The position numbers and the translations under genes are program-made. Under the pieces are notes generated by a model. It worked only from the letters and a program-made list of their open reading frames with translations. It did no database searches and was not told the DNA's origin. Below are positions 34,415-41,844 of a stretch of DNA of 41,844 nt, piece by piece (position 1 is the first letter of the stretch; each line of letters opens with the position of its first letter). The stretch comes from Rhizaria sp. SCN 62-66 (taxonomy: Eukaryota), in assembly GCA_001724265.1 (NCBI GenBank), contig MEDY01000286.1:1-41844 (forward strand), in the 5' to 3' direction.

Positions 34415-35599
34415 ATGAGCAGTATTGACCCCAACGATTTCCCGCCGCCGCCCCCGCCGCCGCCACCGGCGGACGAGGACTACAACGACGACGGCAACTA
34501 CCCCATGCCTCCGCCGCCGCCGCCCCCACCAGCCGACGACGACGCCACTGCTGCTGCTCCCATTAACAACAACGGCAGCAGCACGTCTACAGCAGCAACG
34601 GGTCCGCTGCCTGCGCCGAGCTTCACCGACTTCACCCCGTCTTTCCTCTCGGAGTCCGAGTCCTCCTCCTCGGCCTCCATCGCCCTCGCCATCCTCCCCG
34701 GCGTTGGCAGCGTCTCCAGCGCCGGCGCCGCGCCCGCGTTCGATCTGATGGCTGCGCTGGCGGACGCGCAGCACGAGGCCGCGCGCTCAGACGCCGCGTC
34801 GATCGCGGCCGCGGCCGCTGCCAAGGCCGCGCTGGCCTCCGGCGCGGCGGCCGCGCAGTGCAACAAGTGCGGCCGCGCGGGCCATACCTGGCGCGAGTGT
34901 CCCGAGAACCTGCACGAGGGCGATGACACGGTCCTCATCCAGGGGCTGCCGCAAGGCGCGGGCGTGACCGAGGCGGCCGTGGCGGCCTGGGCGGGGACCA
35001 TCGGCCGCGTGCGCCGCAAGAAGGGCAAGGGCCGCGACCGCTTCCTCGAGCTCGACTGCGTCAAGCTGTACCGCTCCGCGGGCGAGCTGCCCGCGTACCT
35101 GCTGGCCGCGGCCGATGGCGCGGACCGCGCCGCCGGCGGCGTCGCGCCGAACACGGTGACGGCCACAGTGACATTCGAGGACGCCGACACGGCCCCCGCG
35201 GCCGTCCGCTGGCTCAGCAACAGGCCTTTCACGGCCGGCGCCGACGGGGCCGCGGCCGCTGCGGCACCGGCGAGGGACAGCAAGAGCGGCAGTGCGAGTG
35301 GCGTTAAGGTGAGCTTGATCAAGAAGGAGCAGAACAACGCCCCGGACCAGTCCCAGGCTCAGTCTCAGGCTCAGGGACAGGCTCAGGGACAGTGGCAAGG
35401 GCAGGGGCAGGGGCAGGGGCAGTGGGGCGGCCGCGACCGCAGCGACCGCGACGGTGGCTACAGCGGCGGCGGCGGCGGCAACCGGTTCCAGGGGGGTGCT
35501 CCTGGCGGCGGCTGGGGCCAGCAGGGGCAGCAGCAGCAACAACAGGGACAGGGAGGCTGGGGCCAGCAGCAAGGTGGGTATTACGGCCGCCCCCAGTGA
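34415..35599 (+). CDS. RNA-binding protein: poly-Pro N-terminus, CCHC zinc knuckle, FUS/EWS/TAF15-type RRM, G/Q/W-rich tail (394 aa)
   Basis: CNKCGRAGHTWREC is CX2CX4HX4C. DDTVLIQGL...TIGRVRRKK...VKLYR...ATVTFEDADTAPAAVRWL...VKVSL follows the FET-family RRM pattern including the basic KK loop. Ends TGA. Confidence 0.8.
   Translation: MSSIDPNDFPPPPPPPPPADEDYNDDGNYPMPPPPPPPPADDDATAAAPINNNGSSTSTAATGPLPAPSFTDFTPSFLSESESSSSASIALAILPGVGSVSSAGAAPAFDLMAALADAQHEAARSDAASIAAAAAAKAALASGAAAAQCNKCGRAGHTWRECPENLHEGDDTVLIQGLPQGAGVTEAAVAAWAGTIGRVRRKKGKGRDRFLELDCVKLYRSAGELPAYLLAAADGADRAAGGVAPNTVTATVTFEDADTAPAAVRWLSNRPFTAGADGAAAAAAPARDSKSGSASGVKVSLIKKEQNNAPDQSQAQSQAQGQAQGQWQGQGQGQGQWGGRDRSDRDGGYSGGGGGNRFQGGAPGGGWGQQGQQQQQQGQGGWGQQQGGYYGRPQ
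35353..35424 (+). repeat. Coding 6/12-bp tandem repeats (QS/QA/QG/QW dipeptides)
   Basis: caggctcagtct / caggctcaggga / cagggg units encode QAQSQAQGQAQGQWQGQGQGQGQW. Confidence 0.8.
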
Positions 35600-36387
35600 G
35601 CGGCTGCGATGTGCTGAATACGACTGCGAAGCGCACCGTGCATGCGGGCGTATTCTATTCATCGATGGTACTGAGTAAGGTGATGGGGCGTGGACACGCG
35701 GCGTGCGTGCGTGCCTCGGGCTGGGGCCCTGGTGAGCGACTTTAGAGGAGCATATATGCCATAAATACAAAAATAACGTACCATATACATAGATCTATTG
35801 CAAATGTATGTCATATGGTAAATTTACTGTTCAGAATGCTCATCAAGCGAGTGCAGTTCTTTGTTTTCAACAAATTCGACTGGGCACGAGTGACTGTGAG
35901 CAGGGCGGAAGGAAGGGCAGAAGCGGGCACAGCGAGACACACCATCCCAAAAAAAGGGCATATTTCGTCGGTCTCAAACGCGCTCCTCCGTTATGACAGC
36001 GGGATATGCATAGTTGATCGAGACATGTAGTAACTGTGAGAAGTGGTTCTAAATTAAAACAGGTCGTTTGCTTCCACTTCTGGCGCACAGGGGATGCCTG
36101 CAATCATGGCGAATCGGCAGTGAATCGATCTCGCATAGCCAACTCATTCCCTAGTCACGTTTTTCCGCTCTGTCTACAACAATCACGCCCCATTCCCAAA
36201 TCCCACCGCTGAACCCTGCTTAAATCCCGCTCTATTCCCCTGCGTGTCCTTGTTTTCCCCCTCGCAACCTTTTCCGATCCTTCAGCGCAGCGCCCCCACT
36301 CTCCCGCACCCTCGCTCGCTCGCTTGCTTTCTCTCTCTCTCTGCGCCGGCACTCCCTTTCTGTCTGCTCGCGTCCCTCCCGCCCCCG

Positions 36388-39300
36388 ATGAGTTCCGCGG
36401 AGGCCCCCTCGGCCGTCCCGGCGCCCGCGTCCGGCATGGTGTCCCCCTCTGCGTCCAACGCGACCGCGATCGACGCCCGCGCGCAGTCCTCGGTCCACTC
36501 GCAGCTGCTGCTCAACGGCGGTACCTTCACCACCTCGGGGCTCTTTGGCGCGCAGCAGCGCTGCGTGTGGGTGTCCCCCGCGCTTGACACGGTCTTCTGG
36601 GCCAAGACGCGCGACCAGAAGAAGCCTTCCTCGGCCCCCGCGTCGGCCATCGTCTCCGCCGGCAACGCGCCCCCGGGCTCCTCATCGTCGTCGTCCTCGT
36701 CCTCGTCGTCGTCCGCCTCGGCCAGCTACGCCGCCTTCTCGCCCAACGGCGGCGCCGGTGGCTCCGTCAGCGTCACCGTCGTGTTCCGCGAGCGCGCCGA
36801 TGGCCCCACCACCACGCTCGACTTCGACTGCGTCACTCGGTGCGTGCATATAGTCTTATAGCATGCGTTATTTCGCTGCGAAATTTGGATTTATACGTTT
36901 AATTTAATGTGTTTACATAACATTTAGTACTCTCTGCTCATATGTCAAACTTTTCCTTTTCTGTGAGCTCATGTTGCGCCTTAAATTACTGCTATTTGTA
37001 TTGTTATTTACCGCTTGCCTCTAACAGCGAGGAGGCAGACACATGGGCGCGCGCGTTTAACTGGCTGCGCTCTGTCAACTCGCAGGTCTCTCAGCCGTTC
37101 AACTTCCAGCACAACGTGACGGTCAACGCTGACTTCACGTGGGAGCTGCCTCCGAACCAGTCGATCGAGTCCCTGTTCGAGCTCTCAACAGTGCTGGGTC
37201 AGGGCACCTTCGGCAAGGTCTTCAAAGCGCGTCACCGCGACACGGGCTTCGCGCTGGCCATCAAGCTGGTCGACGTACAGGGCCTCAGCGATGTGAGCGA
37301 GATCAAGCGCGAGGTTGACGTGCTCAAGGAGTGCCGCTTCAAGAACATCGTCGACTACTTCGGCTGCTGGGGCCCGGACCAGCAGCACCAGCTGTGGACA
37401 CTCATGTCCTACTGCCAGTTCGGCTCCGCCATCGACCTGCTCTACGCCGCGCAGGTCTACCTCAGCGAGGTTCAAATCGCCTTCATCATTGCGTCCACGC
37501 TCGCGGGGCTGCACTACCTTCACACGATCAAGCGCATCGTGCACCGCGACGTCAAGGCGCGCAACATCCTCGTCACCGGCAACGGCTGCATCAAGCTCGC
37601 GGACTTCGGCATCTCCAAGCAGGTGTCGACCGAGAACATCGGCTTCTGCACCATCGGCACCGGCTCGCCGCATTGGATGTCCCCCGAGGTCGTCCAGGAC
37701 GAGCCTGCGACGTTCGCCTCCGACATCTGGTCGCTCGGCATCACCGCCATCGAGCTCACGACGTGTCTGCCGCCGCGCGCGGACCTGGGCGTCGACGACG
37801 TCATGGCCGCCACGGTGCGCGACGCGCCGCCCACACTGGCTCCCGCGCCTGCGGGCCGTCCCGCCTGGTCGCGCGAGTTCGTCGACTTCGTCACCGTGTG
37901 CCTGCAGAAGGACCCCGCGATGCGGCCCACGACGGCGGACCTGCTCAAGCACCCCTTCGTGCGCATCGGCATCATGGAGAACCACTGCCTGGACCCCATT
38001 CTGCAGAAGGTCGAGGCGCAGCAGCGCCAGAAGAACGACGGCTCGGGCGGCGCCAGCAGCAGCAACAACGCCGCCGGCGCCAATAACGGCGGCGCCTCCC
38101 CGCGCGGCGGCCTTAACGGCGGCGCCGGTGCCGGCGCCAGCGGCAGCGCTAACTACGACGTGGACCTGGCCCCGATCAACAACCTTAACGCCGCGACGGT
38201 GCCCGGCAAGCGCGTGCTCTACTCGGACAGCAAGAAGTCCTCCGCGCTGGCCTCTCCCAACTCGCCCAGCAACGGGCCCGTCACTGCCTCCTTCGCGGCC
38301 TCCCCGAGCCTCAACGGGCCCTCGGCCGCGCGCTCCGCCAGCGGCGCCTACGCGGGCGCGGGCACCAACGGCATCGACTTCGACATCGACCTGGGCGGCT
38401 CGGCCTACAGCAACAACAGCGGCGGTAGCGGCGGCAGCGGCGGCAACAACAGCAGCAACGGTGACGGCGTCAAGACCGTCACGCGTGTGTCGTTCGAGGA
38501 CAACATGATTGCCTTCGCCTCGGGCATGACCTTCCGCATCCCGGACACGCTCTCGCGCGCGCTCTCCACGGCCGGCCGCGGCACGCCCGCCGCGGGCGCC
38601 ATCGCGGAGCGCTTTGCGGAGCTGTGTCTACCGCCATTCGTCGAGGTTGTGGTGGGCACCCCTGAGACGCGGTCCAGCACGCTGGGCAACTACAGCGCGT
38701 ACCCCGTGCGCGTGCGCGCGAACCCGGTGTTCGAGGCGCGGCCGTGCACGCTGCCGCTCGACATCGAGGAGGTGGGCACGCCGACGCTCGCCAAGCTCAT
38801 CGCCGATAAGGACACCGTGGTGGTGTACCGCCGCTACAGCGACTTCCTCTGGTTCCATGAGCAGCTCGAGTTTGCCTTCCCGGGCCTGCTGATTCCGCCG
38901 ATGCCCGGCAAGCACTTCTCGGGCAACTTCGACGACGAGATCATCAACGACCGGCGCCAGGGTCTCCAGTGGTACCTCGACTCGGTCGCGCGTCACCCGC
39001 TGCTCTCCAAGTCCTTCCTCTTCCACGCCTTCGTGCGTCTGTCCGCGGAGAAGTTCCCGGGGCTCAAGAAGTACGTCTCGCAGCGCATCGACGACCTGCG
39101 CAAGGCCGCCAAGCAGCAGGCGGCCGCGCGCGCCGGCAGCGACCTGCCTGGCGCAGCACCGGTCAACGCGCTGACGGGCAGGCCGATGTACTCGTTCCCC
39201 GCGCACGCGAGCGCGCTGACGGCCGAGACGACGTTCGCCGACGCCGTGAACCCGGTCAAGGAGAGCGTGGGCTTCTTCTCCAAACTCAAGTCCAAGGTTA

Positions 39301-40856
39301 TCTCGAGCAAGACTACGTCGCTGCTGCTCTCTCTGCCCGCGCAGACGCAGCTGACCGTCGCCGCGCTCTACGCCAAGGACATCGTGTGGTACCTGTCTCA
39401 TCTAGAGCAGCAGTACGGCCGCCTCGACGCTGGCCTCACGACGGCGCTCGACGCGTGCGCCAAGCTGGGCATGGCCGTCTCCAAGTGGGTCACCTCCGCG
39501 GACCAAGGCCGCCAGGCACTTACGATCGCGACCGAGGCTGCGCGCGACGCCGCGCCCGTGTCGTCGTCCGCCGCCGTCATCTCGCTGAGCGACACCGAGA
39601 CGGCGATCGTGAGCAGCTACGAGGCCGCGCGGCAACAGGCGCTGGCGAAGCAGGCCGCCGAGGAGGAGGAGCAGCGCCGGCGCGCAGAGTCCTTCGCCGC
39701 CAAGGGCGCTGCCAGCCGCGGCAGCCACACGGCGAGCGCAACGCCCTCGCTACGCGGCCCGCCGCCGTTCCCCGGGACGATCGTGCCGGGCGCCGGTGCT
39801 GCGTCCTCCGCCGCCAGCGCCGCCGCCAAGCTGCCTAAGTCGGCCAAGAAGGCCGCGACGGTCGCCGCGGCGGCGGCCCGTAGCGCCACCGCGGGCGCCG
39901 CGGGCGTGGCCGGGGACGCGCCGTGGATCGAGTTCGAGACGGCGCTGGGGCCCGGACTGACTCTTCTCGCGCAGAGGGTCGCCCGCGACCTGGGTCCCGT
40001 GCTCGCAGAGCGCTGCACCAAGCTCAACGCCTTCGGGCTGTATCCGGCCAAGTTCTACCGCAAGCTCTGCGGCAGCGTCCGCGACATGATCCGCAGGTAC
40101 GGCGTACCGACCGCAACTTTGACGGGACGGGATAGGATATGAGTTGAATATGATGCTTTCTTTTTAAAATTGTTGGTCTATCTGCTATAATTTCACGTTG
40201 TCATCTCATTTGCGCCCTCTTTTTTACACCCTTTTTTGTTACTCTATCCAGGCGCGACTCGCTGCTGCTCTCTTGCCGCAAGGAGCTAAAGGACGACCCT
40301 ACGATGACCACGCCTGTGGCCCTGGACTCGGCCGAGCCCTCGTCCTCGGACGCCCCCGCGCAGTCCGAGCCCATGCTCATGACTGGCAGCAACGTCCGCG
40401 TCATCCCCGCACCCGCCGACCAGGTACCTTAACTCGTCGACTTCTGTCATAATTTAATCTGGCACTTTTCACTTGAATCATCTTCAAGTTCAACATGCGT
40501 ATGAGTAAAATATGGCAAGGCAAAGTTTTATCTCACAGCATCAATATTTTGTGTTTTTCGACTTATTTCTTGATTTCCTTTTCTCCTTTCAGGCGCGCGC
40601 GCTGTCCCTGCCGCGCACGGCGAGCCGCGGCCGCCTGGACTCGTTCTCGCAGTCGGTGCTGGCCGAGGTCGCGCTCTTCCAGGCGCAGAAGCAGTGCCAC
40701 TTCCTGTCGATCACGTCCGCGCTCGCGACGAGTCAGCGCGAGGCGGCCGAGAAGGAGGCCGCGGCCTGGGAGGGCATCGTCGGCACGCTCGATAGCATGG
40801 AGGAGGACTGCCAGTGGGCCGACCTCTCCTTCGAGACCAGTCTCGTCGCGCTCTAA
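36388..40856 (+). CDS. STE20-family Ser/Thr kinase with N-terminal PH-like and CRIB-like motifs and C-terminal PX + BAR-like region (~1318 aa); exons 36388..36839, 37028..40096, 40252..40423, 40593..40856
   Basis: Kinase motifs GQGTFGKV, AIK, HRDVKARN, DFG, GSPHWMSPE, DIWSLGIT. CRIB-like VSQPFNFQHNVTV. PH C-terminal helix TLDFDCVTREEADTWARAF is formed across intron 1. PX motif RRYSDFLWFHEQL...IPPMPGK...RRQGLQWYL...HPLL. Three GT-AG introns keep the frame to TAA. Confidence 0.92.
36840..37027 (+). other. Kinase intron 1 (188 nt, phase 2)
   Basis: CG|GTGCGT...CTCTAACAG|C, AT-rich, frame-restoring. Confidence 0.9.
40097..40251 (+). other. Kinase intron 2 (155 nt, phase 2)
   Basis: AG|GTACGG...CTCTATCCAG|G gives MIRRRDSLLL. 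Confidence 0.85.
40424..40592 (+). other. Kinase intron 3 (169 nt, phase 0)
   Basis: CAG|GTACCT...TTCTCCTTTCAG|GCG, frame continues to TAA at 40854-40856. Confidence 0.85.
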
Positions 40857-41363
40857 GCAAACAGCGCGACAGCTACAATCGCCTTGTTCATGTTATACAA
40901 TGTTGATTGAAGGAAATGATTATCTTTTTGTCGGTTTTGATGGGTTTTTTTTATTTCGTTTTGTTTTGAAAACGCGATGAAATATTCGACGAAGTCCAGA
41001 AATGGAGTTAAACAGAAGCAGATCTGTGGGTTGTTTTTTATGCTGCCCTGTCTGGGCGCATCAAACTGTGGCTGGTGACGCATATTATCTCGTCAAGCCA
41101 ATACATCTTGACAACATGTCAGACACAATTCAAGCATACACGATTCAATATACACTGTACATGTACCCCTGATGTAGAGGTTTATGAAAAAACGTGTTTT
41201 CCGCGATTTTCGCGCCTTGGTGCGCACTTTTCTATTTCACTACGAGCGAAATAGTCTATATTGTACTTGGTTATATTATTTATATGCGTGGAAACATCTG
41301 GCTTGGCTGACTTCTATGGCCTCAAAGTGGACGGAAGGCAAATTTCAAACCCTTCCTGGTCGA

Positions 41364-41844
41364 TCAGCGTCTTTCATTTGCATGATATATACACAGATAC
41401 GGGTTCTAACGGAACAAAAAGTCAGGAAACGTGTTCAAAATAAAGCGAAAAAATCGTTGTTAATTTAGGTTTGTAGGATACTTTCTTTTCACTGTTTTAC
41501 GATGGGTAAAGCTCACCGCGTCCCGTGGGCGCGATGTGCTGGATTTCTAACGGCTCGCAGGAAGAGGCGGTCCGCGCCTCTTTCTTGGAACCTCAGATCG
41601 GTCCTCTACGAGCTTCTTGCGAGCGACACTTTCCTGTAGCGCGCTCAGAGGCTTGGACGCCGGGAGGTCCGCAGGGCACGTCGAGTCACAGTTACTACCA
41701 CAATAACACTTATCAGACTGGGGAGTTAGTTTGCTCATGTAATCGTAGGCTTTGTCCACACTCTGTTTGAAGCCGGACACGATGTTGCAACCTGTGATCA
41801 GCCGCATAGCATGCAGTGTCACTTTGATACGCAGGTTGTTAGCC
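41364..41844 (-). CDS. 3' end of a gene entering from the right edge (partial), with an in-frame TAG and a putative last intron 41406..41516
   Basis: Open from the window edge (ANNLRIKVTLHAMRLITGCNIVSGFKQ...CYCGSNCDSTC...PPLPASR), TAG at 41547-41549, then KSSTSRPRDA up to GCG|GTGAGC...CTGACTTTTTGTTCCGTTAG|AAC and a short exon to TGA at 41364-41366. Confidence 0.55.

Noticed and set aside
34858-34899. CCHC knuckle as a sign of a retrotransposon gag
   Set aside because: It sits in a cellular RRM protein with no protease, RT, integrase or LTRs nearby.
35500-35570. GGGWGQ similarity to the mammalian prion octarepeat
   Set aside because: No His/Pro periodicity; low-complexity convergence rather than homology.
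708-39838. Many long overlapping antisense and alternate-frame ORFs in the track
   Set aside because: Expected shadows of GC-rich, codon-biased exons. Their products are R/P/A-rich with no recognisable motifs.
1-41844. tRNA (including a CUA-anticodon tRNA), rRNA, CRISPR arrays, transposons
   Set aside because: None recognised by eye. Repeats are microsatellites or coding low-complexity tracts. A tRNAscan-SE/Infernal run would be needed to exclude small RNAs.

Overview
Gene-dense eukaryotic (protist-like) nuclear DNA with GC-rich exons and short AT-rich intergenic spacers and GT-AG introns. It holds nine complete protein genes and two partial ones: a giant coiled-coil protein, three low-complexity orphans, a mitochondrial Qri7/OSGEPL1 (TsaD/Kae1 family) t6A enzyme, a probable Cdt1, SF3B6/p14, a zinc-knuckle + FET-type RRM protein, and a PH-CRIB-STE20 kinase-PX-BAR-like fusion. 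Main result: TAG appears to be a sense codon while TAA and TGA remain stops. Five clearly internal in-frame TAGs join split ORFs in three genes, one inside the conserved GGVxPxxAxxxH motif of Qri7. Two more near-terminal TAGs are compatible with readthrough. Apart from those two ambiguous cases, every modelled gene ends at TAA or TGA, and no internal TAA/TGA was seen. The encoded residue cannot be fixed from this window (Gln favoured by context, Leu possible). Conserved proteins are also inflated about 3-4 fold by in-frame Ala/Ser/Asn-rich insertions. All family calls are by eye from motifs; no searches were run.
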